Virus record (IMG/VR): IMGVR_UViG_3300043219_000134
Location: 1 to 59,972 of that record
Length of the DNA: 59,972 bases
Strand: one strand, 5' to 3'
Source of the DNA: a virus
Taxonomy: Duplodnaviria > Caudoviricetes
The notes under the pieces were generated by a model. It saw only the letters and a program-made list of their open reading frames with translations. It searched no databases and was not told the origin of the DNA. Below are positions 1-8,647 of the stretch, in pieces. How positions within the stretch are numbered: position 1 is the first letter of the stretch; each line of letters opens with the position of its first letter. Both the position numbers and the translations under genes were made by a program.

Positions 1-187
1 TTCTAAGGTAGGCACTATAAAGTCTTTTTGACTTTAAAAAAGTTACAAATTCCTGTTGTTCAGGGGTTAATTTTGATTTTTTATTTTTTAACACGTAGCG
101 CCTCCCAACGTAGTTTAAGCTTGTTTAACTCTTTGTCCAGTAGTAGACTTGCAGAACTTTCCGACAGTTTAATCGGGGGTTGACCCT
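1..187. repeat. Terminal direct repeat / circular assembly overlap, left copy
   Basis: Identical to 59786-59972 except at 128, 129 and 135. Confidence 0.95.
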
Positions 188-707
188 TTTTAGGGAAGAT
201 TACTCTTCCGCAAATGTCCACGATCTCTACAGACCAGCGAACATTATTTAAGAGCATCAAGAGATTCGCCTTGGAGTTGGACTTAGCCGTCAGTATCTCC
301 ATTAGCATAGCTTGCGCCTTAAGTTTTGTAGCTCGATTGGTGTAGCTTAATAAGTTATTATCAAGAAGTTTCCTCTCTCTCTTATTAAGTAGGTCAGGGT
401 AAAGCTCGAACATTGAAGAGTTCGGAATAAAAAGTGCCCCTACTACTTTCATGTTGGCGTAGTCCGTTTGACAAATAGTCACCTTGAACTTGCCTTTCCA
501 CAAAGTAATACATGTTCCTCTGTCCTCTAGGTCTTCAAGCCATCGTTTGAAGTTTCCCTCTTCAAATAGCTTTCTCTCTTCTTTTTTAAATATGTACGGT
601 ACAATTTTTATATTGTACTTCTCTAGTCCCAATTGACCAAAATTAAGACTTTCGGGAGTTGTAGTCCCTTTGTACGGATGTTGGCAATAATTTACTAATC
701 GCTCCAT
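81..707 (-). CDS. Hypothetical early protein
   Basis: 208-aa ORF, GGAGG SD, sigma70-type promoter upstream. Confidence 0.8.
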   Translation of the reverse strand: MERLVNYCQHPYKGTTTPESLNFGQLGLEKYNIKIVPYIFKKEERKLFEEGNFKRWLEDLEDRGTCITLWKGKFKVTICQTDYANMKVVGALFIPNSSMFELYPDLLNKRERKLLDNNLLSYTNRATKLKAQAMLMEILTAKSNSKANLLMLLNNVRWSVEIVDICGRVIFPKKGQPPIKLSESSASLLLDKELNKLKLRWEALRVKK

Positions 708-769
708 ATTAAACCCTCCATAGGTTTAGTAAATGCCTATGCACTTACTTTTTTGTTTTCGACTATTAG

Positions 770-798
770 AGAATAATCCCTAACGCTTTGCTTGTCAA
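770..798 (-). promoter_or_regulatory. Sigma70-type promoter
   Basis: TTGACA-17 bp-TATTCT on - strand. Confidence 0.75.
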
Positions 799-1130
799 CT
801 GTTTTTATATCTTTTTATTAAAAAAGTTTTTATACCTTTTTAATCTGTTTGCTTATCGATTGATATTGATACTATTTATTAAATATTATTCCCTTCGCTA
901 TGTTTTTTTATAGTACTATATTGTAGTACTAGTTTTTATACTATATTAAATACCATAATCCGACGGGGAGCGTAAGTATTACTTTGTCCCTCAGTTGGAT
1001 TATTTTGGTTTAGGTTCATGTTAGGTTTTTGTTTCATTGGAGTTCCTTTGTCGGATAGGTGGGCTACTAGGCTCGTTTTTCGGCTGTTCACCCGTCATTA
1101 AGACAAGTATTATTATATACTGGGTCTGGG

Positions 1131-1505
1131 CTATTGTATATACTTCTTTTTGCTTTTAGTTATATTCTTTTCAAGTTTCGTTTCACAGAAGGCAATTCGC
1201 TTTTCTATAAATTGCGTGTAGTTATCCGGTCGGTCTGCATCCTTAAGGATTTTAGACAGGCGATAAGTTTCCATTAAATAGAATAAATGACTCCGGTGGT
1301 TAGAGATATACAGGCGCAGTTTCTTATTTTGAACTGAGTCTATCGAGATTAAGAACTTACCCTTGTTTTCAGTACTTTCTTTAATAACTACTGTTTGATC
1401 GGGTTTCCGGTAGTCGGTTACTATCAGGGCTATTTTTCCATTGTTCCGCTGGACTATAACGAGGTGCCAAACACCGTCAACTTTTTTAATGCTATTTAAT
1501 ATCAT
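1131..1505 (-). CDS. Hypothetical protein
   Basis: ORF; start taken at the ATGA overlap with the upstream gene (MILNSIKK). Confidence 0.7.
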   Translation of the reverse strand: MILNSIKKVDGVWHLVIVQRNNGKIALIVTDYRKPDQTVVIKESTENKGKFLISIDSVQNKKLRLYISNHRSHLFYLMETYRLSKILKDADRPDNYTQFIEKRIAFCETKLEKNITKSKKKYIQ

Positions 1506-1768
1506 GTTTTGTCTCCTAATTTGAATACGCATTGTTCCCAATTTTGATTCTTTTTTAACCAAGTATAGAGGTCTCTAGGCAAATATTTGCGTATATCAGC
1601 ATATTTCCAACCGTGCCAACCTTCTACAGTTGTTGATAAAAAAGCTGTACCAGTTTTGTCTAAGTTAACATACTTGTACCTTTTCGGTGGTAAATCTGAT
1701 TTTAGGTATTCTTCCAACTTTTTACCAATTTGTATTAACTTCGGTGGTGTATTTTTATCATAGATCAT
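1502..1768 (-). CDS. Hypothetical protein
   Basis: 88-aa ORF with AAGGA SD. Confidence 0.75.
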   Translation of the reverse strand: MIYDKNTPPKLIQIGKKLEEYLKSDLPPKRYKYVNLDKTGTAFLSTTVEGWHGWKYADIRKYLPRDLYTWLKKNQNWEQCVFKLGDKT

Positions 1769-1892
1769 ACTTGAATCCTTTGCACCATATCAGGCGCGAT
1801 ATTGTAGAGTATATAAACTATACATATAATACTTATAGTTACCCCGATAGCTAGGACTAGATTTAATACTATATTTAGCGTGTCCGGTTGTT

Positions 1893-2474
1893 TCATGACT
1901 TTATGTCTTCTAATCGGTGACTAGTCAAGGGGTGAAATCTACCAGAGGTAACATTAAATAGGAGTTCTTCACCGTCTCCGTTTTTGTGACCTACTGCCAC
2001 TACTACATGATTTTCTAATAGTCTTAAGTGACTAATTTTTATGTTGTCTTGTATTTCTATAAAGTTATCAGTACATAAACAATCACCATATGGGTAAAAC
2101 TTAAACGTTGTTAATCTACCCATATTAAAAGCATCGGAGTATATTTTGTTAAAATATAGTTCGGTTCCTAATGATTCAACTTCGGTATAGTCCGTTTTTA
2201 CTTTGAATACATGTATTATGTAATCATTTAAAAAGTTGTGTTCCTCCCCGAAGTATTCATTATAGAATATATTTTGTTTTCTTATTTGTTCGTTAAACTC
2301 TTCTACGGTATCACACTTAATTATTGATTCGTCCCCTTCACAATAACAACGTATTGAAAGATTAATTCTACTAATATTTAATAGATTGTGTCCTGCAAAT
2401 TCCGTTGTTTCATCGGAGTACAATTGTTCAAAATTGTCTTCACTATCTATAAATTTTCTAGTTACTTTTACCAT
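1893..2474 (-). CDS. Hypothetical protein
   Basis: 193-aa ORF, coupled to upstream gene. Confidence 0.75.
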   Translation of the reverse strand: MVKVTRKFIDSEDNFEQLYSDETTEFAGHNLLNISRINLSIRCYCEGDESIIKCDTVEEFNEQIRKQNIFYNEYFGEEHNFLNDYIIHVFKVKTDYTEVESLGTELYFNKIYSDAFNMGRLTTFKFYPYGDCLCTDNFIEIQDNIKISHLRLLENHVVVAVGHKNGDGEELLFNVTSGRFHPLTSHRLEDIKS

Positions 2475-2689
2475 TACAGTACCCTCACGAAATTAAATTT
2501 ACTTGTTTTATTTCTTTTCTTTTGAATAAAGGCTTTTATTTCCGCTTCTTCACCCATCCATGAACCACGGCTTGCACTAAATTGTCCTACCCATCGTGGT
2601 TGATTATTTCTGATTACATATACAACAAATATTGCTGTCTTGTATGGTCTAGTGTGTTTCTCTTTGTAAGTGTAAAAGAATTGTTCCAT
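2474..2689 (-). CDS. Hypothetical protein
   Basis: 71-aa ORF with AAGGA SD. Confidence 0.7.
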   Translation of the reverse strand: MEQFFYTYKEKHTRPYKTAIFVVYVIRNNQPRWVGQFSASRGSWMGEEAEIKAFIQKKRNKTSKFNFVRVL

Positions 2690-2733
2690 TTTTGATTCCT
2701 TTTTAGGGGAGGTTCTCCCCCGTTTGATTTAGA

Positions 2734-3255
2734 TTAGTTTTGACCTTTAAGGTCGGCTATTAAAAAGCATAAGTCTCCATAATTTATTTGTATGTAGTCT
2801 TGAAGGCTAGGGGCTTGAATTGTTGTTATTATGAATAAGTGTCCCCCGTTAGGATACCACCAGCCGTCACTTTTGACCTTTGGTTCATACACATATAAAG
2901 TAACGTCATTATCGTCATCTATTGCTACGTAGGAGTATTTTTCTGCTTGGTCAACGGTTATCTTTTCGATAAGTATATCCTTAATTTGTTGCAGTTCGGT
3001 TTTTGGTGTAACTTGCCCGTATTCATCAAAGGTTAATATCATTGAAAGAGCTATAACTTTTATCTGTGATAGGGTTTTAAAGTCGTGGGTTGTCTCGCCT
3101 AATGCATCGCCATTGATATCGAATACACGGATTGTAATACAATTCGATTCAAGTTTATTCTCTAAGTACATGACCATAACAGTGTAATCTTTGTTAAGTA
3201 CATAACCCTTTCTTGTAGTTCCGTTTAGACCTTCTGTTTCATACATTTTTTTCAT
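2734..3255 (-). CDS. Hypothetical protein
   Basis: 173-aa ORF with AAGGA SD. Confidence 0.75.
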   Translation of the reverse strand: MKKMYETEGLNGTTRKGYVLNKDYTVMVMYLENKLESNCITIRVFDINGDALGETTHDFKTLSQIKVIALSMILTFDEYGQVTPKTELQQIKDILIEKITVDQAEKYSYVAIDDDNDVTLYVYEPKVKSDGWWYPNGGHLFIITTIQAPSLQDYIQINYGDLCFLIADLKGQN

Positions 3256-3329
3256 ATTGTTTCCTTTAGGTGTCTATACACCTATTTTTTGATTCTTGAC
3301 GGGGGAGACTAGTCTCTTGACCCTTGATT

Positions 3330-3375
3330 GCTACATGGTGGAATTGCACCACCATTTAATCCTCTAGGATATAGC
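3330..3375 (-). ncRNA. tRNA-like minihelix (variant T-loop)
   Basis: GCTATA...TGGTGG-TGCAATT-CCACCA-TGTAGC on - strand, intergenic. Confidence 0.55.
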
Positions 3376-3376
3376 C

Positions 3377-3649
3377 TTAATCTTTTCTAAGTTTTATATA
3401 TTGTTTGATGGCTTTTTTTTGTTCTTTTAAAGTCTTATCATGTACCTGTAAATATATTAAGACCGCCTCAGTACTATCAATTAAACCCTTGCCGAATGCA
3501 ATACCATAAATGTATATTGTAGGGTAGTCTTTAAGGTCAAACTTTTTACAACCTCCGATACCAACCATTTCTATTTGTAGACTACTATCAATTAACATTT
3601 CCATAAAAGTATCATACTTTGTCACTAATTTTTTGTCATATATTATCAT
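3377..3649 (-). CDS. Hypothetical protein
   Basis: 90-aa ORF with GAGG SD. Confidence 0.7.
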   Translation of the reverse strand: MIIYDKKLVTKYDTFMEMLIDSSLQIEMVGIGGCKKFDLKDYPTIYIYGIAFGKGLIDSTEAVLIYLQVHDKTLKEQKKAIKQYIKLRKD

Positions 3650-3667
3650 TGTTACCTCTCTTTTTTA

Positions 3668-4177
3668 TTACCCTAATTGATAACTACTTGCAAAGTAGAC
3701 ACTATCACCGCTGTCATTGTATTTTACTAAGTTACTACTGAAATAACTTGTGCCTTCTGCACCGTCCCAAAAACGTGTTTCAGACTCCCTATACCCATCT
3801 AGTTTCATGAAGTTTCCTAAGTAGTAGACTTGACCGGAGACTCTAAAGAATGAGTAGCTAGAGTCTAATTCATCGGGTTCAAGAAAGTCATAATCTTTCT
3901 TTTCTTTGTCGGTTAGGTCGTAGCCTGATATGATTTCTTTAGGCTTGTAATCTGATACTATTACTAAGGCATTGTCGGCAAGTCCAGTTACGAATCTTTT
4001 TAGACTATGCATGTAAATTAGACAATAGGTGTCTGATTCGGCAAGGTCTACGAATGAGCACTTTAAGGCTTTACATTGTCGCTGTATTTTTAATAGGTCT
4101 CTACCCGTGAATTTAAAAGAACTCATTCTTTTTGCTATTAAGTCGGTCATTACTTCTTTTACTTGTTGCTCTAACAT
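3668..4177 (-). CDS. Hypothetical phage protein
   Basis: 169-aa ORF with GGAGG SD. Confidence 0.8.
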   Translation of the reverse strand: MLEQQVKEVMTDLIAKRMSSFKFTGRDLLKIQRQCKALKCSFVDLAESDTYCLIYMHSLKRFVTGLADNALVIVSDYKPKEIISGYDLTDKEKKDYDFLEPDELDSSYSFFRVSGQVYYLGNFMKLDGYRESETRFWDGAEGTSYFSSNLVKYNDSGDSVYFASSYQLG

Positions 4178-4338
4178 TATTTTGTTCCTCCTAGAACGGT
4201 GTATACTTCGGTCTTTCTGTCTGCTTGGTCAGTGAATAGATTCTCGATGAATGAGTCAAACTTGTCGGTCTCTTCGATAACAGGCTCTTTTGTTTCTCTT
4301 TGTTCTTTCCAGAATTGTTTAATTAGTTTTGATTTCAT
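4177..4338 (-). CDS. Small hypothetical protein
   Basis: Start at MKSKL after AAGGGA; stop overlaps next start. Confidence 0.6.
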   Translation of the reverse strand: MKSKLIKQFWKEQRETKEPVIEETDKFDSFIENLFTDQADRKTEVYTVLGGTK

Positions 4339-4390
4339 TTTTGTTCCCTTCGAGCTTGCCACAATGGACATTGATGTTGCACTCTTTCCT

Positions 4391-4433
4391 GTCTGCAATA
4401 GGGAGTCGAACCCTATACATAAACCATGCAGAT
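4391..4433 (-). ncRNA. tRNA-like minihelix
   Basis: TCTGCA...ATAGGG-TTCGACT-CCCTAT-TGCAGA on - strand, intergenic. Confidence 0.7.
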
Positions 4434-4931
4434 TTAGTCAATATTATTGTATTTGGCGGTCTTGTTACTTATTACTACCCTTCGTGTAATTGGTACTATT
4501 TCAACCTCTTCTATTGAAGTTTCGGGAACTATCTCTATTGATTGAATGCATACATAATCAATGTCTGATTTCATGGATTTATACAGGGTTATGTTTTCAC
4601 CACCAAAGTCTAATACATTAAGGTAGCAACGTTCTAATTCAAGGGACATTGTATCAAAGTCTAGTGACTTAATAGTCCGTAGTTTGTGGCTTAATGTGTC
4701 TGTAGTTAATAGTAGTTTTTGTCCTACCTTGTAGCCTTTTACTTCTATGTATCGTCTGGATATTAAGGCAAGTCTAGAGTCGTATAACTCTTCTTGTTTG
4801 TAATTGCCTAAGTCACATAATGCTTCAAGTGATTTCATAGAGCAATAGTTTGCCATGGAATGTAATAGGTCAGTGTCTGTGATAGTAGGGATTGAGTTGA
4901 TTAGTTTCTTAGTAAATCTGTATGTAGTCAT
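4434..4931 (-). CDS. Hypothetical protein
   Basis: 165-aa ORF with AAGGA SD; first gene left of the divergent region. Confidence 0.75.
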   Translation of the reverse strand: MTTYRFTKKLINSIPTITDTDLLHSMANYCSMKSLEALCDLGNYKQEELYDSRLALISRRYIEVKGYKVGQKLLLTTDTLSHKLRTIKSLDFDTMSLELERCYLNVLDFGGENITLYKSMKSDIDYVCIQSIEIVPETSIEEVEIVPITRRVVISNKTAKYNNID

Positions 4932-5540
4932 ATTGTACTTCCTTTTGTTAGCTGGTTAGTTTGTATTTGTTTAGGCTAACTCCTAACAGTACAGGCAGTA
5001 TGGGATTGTGTCTAGTATTATTTTAGGGAATTGGTGAAGTTTATTTTATTTGTGCTGTTTTCTATAGATATAAGGATATTTCTATAGTTTCTATAGGGTC
5101 TGTATTTAGGGGTGTTAGGTATAACTAATATATATATATGTTATTTTAATTATTTAATATGTTATTATAAAGTATATGCAGAAAAGCATATATAGATTGA
5201 AATATAGGTGAGTATTGGGGAAGAGAGGGGTACGAGAGGAGACGAGTCAAAGTAACATATTAAACCGAAATATGGCCAAATATGGCCATTTAGACACCCC
5301 AAATAACTATAGAAAAGGGTAGAAAGACATAGAAAGTTCTATAGACCCAGGGTTTTGACCCCCCAATGGGGGTTTTGGGTTCGGGAGGTAGAGAGACCCG
5401 TAAATCTCAATAATACAAAAAAATATATATATAAAATCAAACCAACATTCCATCCGTCACTGTGCGATTGCAAAAGCAATCCCCCTGTGGTATACTCTCT
5501 ATATAAAGAAAAACTAAAAGAAACTAAAAGGATCCAAAAT

Positions 5541-6062
5541 ATGAACGAAGACCAAAAGACAGCCCAGCGTATGAGACGCCAAACCCTAAAGGACCAAGAA
5601 ACCCGAGATTTCACCCAAGATCCATCCAGCGCCCCGTCCAACTACTTGCCCCCATCGGTAATCAACTCCATATCCTCGGTCAAACAAGCCAAGACTACCT
5701 TCGACAAATTAATCTCGCGAGAACTAATAGACATGATCGCCAATGGAGACACCCAAACTATAAAACTCAAGGCGATGGACATGTACCACAAACTATCCTC
5801 ATCTGCCCAGATGCTAATTAAACACGGCAACAACGTAGCCGCTATCGAAGCGCCAACTGGCGATACCGGAGCGACCATAAACGTAAACTTCTCCTCCCAC
5901 CTACAAAATGACGAGCCAGAGGAAACCCTCAAAATAGCCTCCAGAGACCTAGTCGCGGAAAAGAACGACAAACTATTCGCCGAATCCTTCTCCAAAAAGG
6001 ACTCCTTCTCCCCCGTCAGGAATGACGTCGAGGATGCAGAATTTGAGGTGATAAATGGATAA
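5541..6062 (+). CDS. Putative terminase small subunit
   Basis: Upstream of terL; AAGGA SD before MNEDQ; typical INVNF...EDAEFEVI tail. Confidence 0.55.
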   Translation: MNEDQKTAQRMRRQTLKDQETRDFTQDPSSAPSNYLPPSVINSISSVKQAKTTFDKLISRELIDMIANGDTQTIKLKAMDMYHKLSSSAQMLIKHGNNVAAIEAPTGDTGATINVNFSSHLQNDEPEETLKIASRDLVAEKNDKLFAESFSKKDSFSPVRNDVEDAEFEVING

Positions 6063-6184
6063 GAGAGAAATACTACCAAGAGAAACTATAGAGGCTTTAA
6101 TAAAAGAGAACACAAGATACTTAGAATCAGAGACAAGATTTGTTTTGAGAGAACTTAAAGTCTTAGCTGCTCAAAGGAGCACAG

Positions 6185-8041
6185 ATGACAAATTATAAAT
6201 TTACTAATTTTAACGAGCAAGAGAAACGGCTCTTTATAGCTGGCGGACTTGATCGAGATGATCCACGAACCTGCTGCATGATAGATATGAACGGAGACCC
6301 GATCAGGGTAATAAAGAAACCTCCAATTATACCGATGGAGATCATCCATCATCCGGATGCTCCAGCTTTTAAAGCAGAGAAAGATTCCGGTTTAATTTTC
6401 CAACAACTGATAAAAGAACTTAAGTCAAAACATACTGACTGGTCAAACCCCGAGTTCAAATCGTTGATGCAGCAAGCAGGTAAGGTTAACCTTTGGTTCT
6501 ACCTTAAATATATAGCGAGTCATTCTGGCCCCTATGGAGACGTGACTGATCATCTACATCGTGACCTGTGCAATTTTAGACAGAGTCAGCTCAAGCCCGG
6601 CGCTAGAGGAGCCGTTTTTATTCCCCGTTCTCATTATAAATCAACCGTGTTTACACATGGTGCGAATGGATGGGAACTACTAAGGAACCCCGACCTAAGA
6701 ATTGGACTAGGGTCAAATATTATTGATCGTTCGCAGGAGTTCATGAGAATGACTCAGGCACAATTTGATGATAACGAGATGATTGAGTTTCTTTACCCAG
6801 AGTACTGTCCAGAGAAATCCCTCAAGACGGGGAAGACGGTAGCCAAGCGGTGGAATAGCCGAGAGATGGTTATGCCGAATAGAAGTCGAAATATGCCTGA
6901 ACCCTCAATTAAGCCGATTGCAGTCGGTGGATCAACGGCCGGGAATCACTTTGATTTATTAGCCCTTGATGATATAATAGGAGATAAGCAATTAGATGCA
7001 GACCACATGTCAGGAACAGAAATGCAAAAGATCACCAACTGGTTTAAAAGTAGTTCTAGAACTTTACTTACTGATCCCGCTACTGGTCGGATCACTCTTG
7101 CTGCTACTAGATACGCCATCGACGATACTTATGAAGATCTCATGCTTGATTGCTGTGGTCAATTTGGGAATTGGGACGAAATTGATTATCCGATTAAAAG
7201 GAATGGTGAATGGGACATCTTTTATAAGATGGCGATTGAACGGAATGAAATTGTCTTTCCAGAGGCGATTACTCGGAACATGCTCGATAAGCTAAGGGTT
7301 GATGACTGGTGGACTTATGTGACACAGTATTTAAATAATCCTCACATAGCTGGGGCGTCAGAATGGACAGACTTTGACGTGAAAAAGTTTACTATGGACT
7401 ATGATGACAATTCGGGATATAGGATCTGGCTGAATGGCGAAGAGAAACCGCTCTATGTCGAGGATATGGATTTGCAGATTGGTATTGATCCTGCCGCCTC
7501 GGACCGAAAGGCCCGGGCTACGACTTCAAGGAGTGCAATATCAGTTCTCGCGAGAGACTCGCGTAACAGGATATTTCTTCTAGATGTACAAGCAGGTTAT
7601 TGGGGACCCAGTAAGCTATTTGATAATATGTTCCGTATCCATAAGAAATTCCGAAGGCATAACCCATCGACTCACCTTGAGCAAATGGGTGCATTCAAAC
7701 TACTTGGACCACTCCTTCGAGAGGAACAAGAAAAAAGAAATTACTACCTAAATCTGCGCGCAGTTACTAAGGGCACGGACAAAGACAATACAATACGGGC
7801 AAATATAGAACCGATACTAAATGACGGAAGACTATACGTAATAGAGAATAATTATAACCTACTAATACAAGAGGTTAAAACATTCCCTAATGGAAAGCTA
7901 AAAGACATCCTCGATTCAGTGACACTTGCTTACCAAGCATCACGAACTCCCCCGTCAGAGTTAGAACTAAGTGAAAGATATACTCGAAAGAAAGAAAGCG
8001 CTTGGAGAAGCAAAGGCAAAAACGCACTTACAGGATATTAA
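6185..8041 (+). CDS. terL: Terminase large subunit
   Basis: Walker A PRSHYKST, Walker B LALDD, nuclease motifs IGIDPA and KDILDS. Confidence 0.93.
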   Translation: MTNYKFTNFNEQEKRLFIAGGLDRDDPRTCCMIDMNGDPIRVIKKPPIIPMEIIHHPDAPAFKAEKDSGLIFQQLIKELKSKHTDWSNPEFKSLMQQAGKVNLWFYLKYIASHSGPYGDVTDHLHRDLCNFRQSQLKPGARGAVFIPRSHYKSTVFTHGANGWELLRNPDLRIGLGSNIIDRSQEFMRMTQAQFDDNEMIEFLYPEYCPEKSLKTGKTVAKRWNSREMVMPNRSRNMPEPSIKPIAVGGSTAGNHFDLLALDDIIGDKQLDADHMSGTEMQKITNWFKSSSRTLLTDPATGRITLAATRYAIDDTYEDLMLDCCGQFGNWDEIDYPIKRNGEWDIFYKMAIERNEIVFPEAITRNMLDKLRVDDWWTYVTQYLNNPHIAGASEWTDFDVKKFTMDYDDNSGYRIWLNGEEKPLYVEDMDLQIGIDPAASDRKARATTSRSAISVLARDSRNRIFLLDVQAGYWGPSKLFDNMFRIHKKFRRHNPSTHLEQMGAFKLLGPLLREEQEKRNYYLNLRAVTKGTDKDNTIRANIEPILNDGRLYVIENNYNLLIQEVKTFPNGKLKDILDSVTLAYQASRTPPSELELSERYTRKKESAWRSKGKNALTGY

Positions 8042-8042
8042 A

Positions 8043-8429
8043 ATGGAAGAAAGACCAATAAATTATATGACTTATGAGAGTACACTTGATAATCCAGTGG
8101 CAGCTAATGACTCTATTGAAAGATTTAAAAAGTACCTATATGGTGGTATGGGATTTTTATTTGAGGAAAGTGAGACAAACACTTTTAAAGAGAAAGTATT
8201 AATGGTAGATTTCAACCAGCATATGTTTACAGTTATTAATAAAGATTCTAGAGATCATATTAGAAGAATACCAACTGATATAGTAGGTTACAAGATAGAA
8301 TCAGCTTATTTTAAATATAGAAAAGAAATAAAACAAATACTATTAGTAGAGTCAGAAAAGAAATGGGCAAAGAAAAGAGAAGCTAAATTAAAAGCAAAAG
8401 AAGCAAACCTTAAAGGAGTTACCCAATGA
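8043..8429 (+). CDS. Hypothetical protein
   Basis: ORF from MEERP directly after terL stop; AT-rich. Confidence 0.65.
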   Translation: MEERPINYMTYESTLDNPVAANDSIERFKKYLYGGMGFLFEESETNTFKEKVLMVDFNQHMFTVINKDSRDHIRRIPTDIVGYKIESAYFKYRKEIKQILLVESEKKWAKKREAKLKAKEANLKGVTQ

Positions 8430-8647
8430 AAAAATATCCATTAGGATTAAGACTCAAGCAAATCTTTACTATGAGATTAAAAGTTGAAAAAGCTTGTTTT
8501 GAAATATTAACAAACTATAGATTCGCTAAAAAATATGAACCCTTACCAATTGAAAAAAGATTGAAAAACTTAAAAGAAACACTTATATTAGTACAAGAAT
8601 CTATAAACGAATTAGAACAGGAGACCCATAATGGCAGACGAAGATAA
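8426..8647 (+). CDS. Hypothetical protein
   Basis: 73-aa ORF, AAGGAG SD, ATGA overlap. Confidence 0.65.
   Translation: MKKYPLGLRLKQIFTMRLKVEKACFEILTNYRFAKKYEPLPIEKRLKNLKETLILVQESINELEQETHNGRRR

Noticed and set aside
3296-3307. Similarity of TTGACGGGGG to a conserved 16S rRNA segment
   Set aside because: The match stops at the G-run (16S continues CCCGCAC; the motif continues AG); no rRNA context.
5355-5540. N-terminal extensions in the ORF track (also 43466-43561, 42898-43092, 54968-55027, 55468-55506, 57490-57537)
   Set aside because: Better SD-ATG pairs lie downstream, and the extensions run through RNA elements or neighbouring genes.
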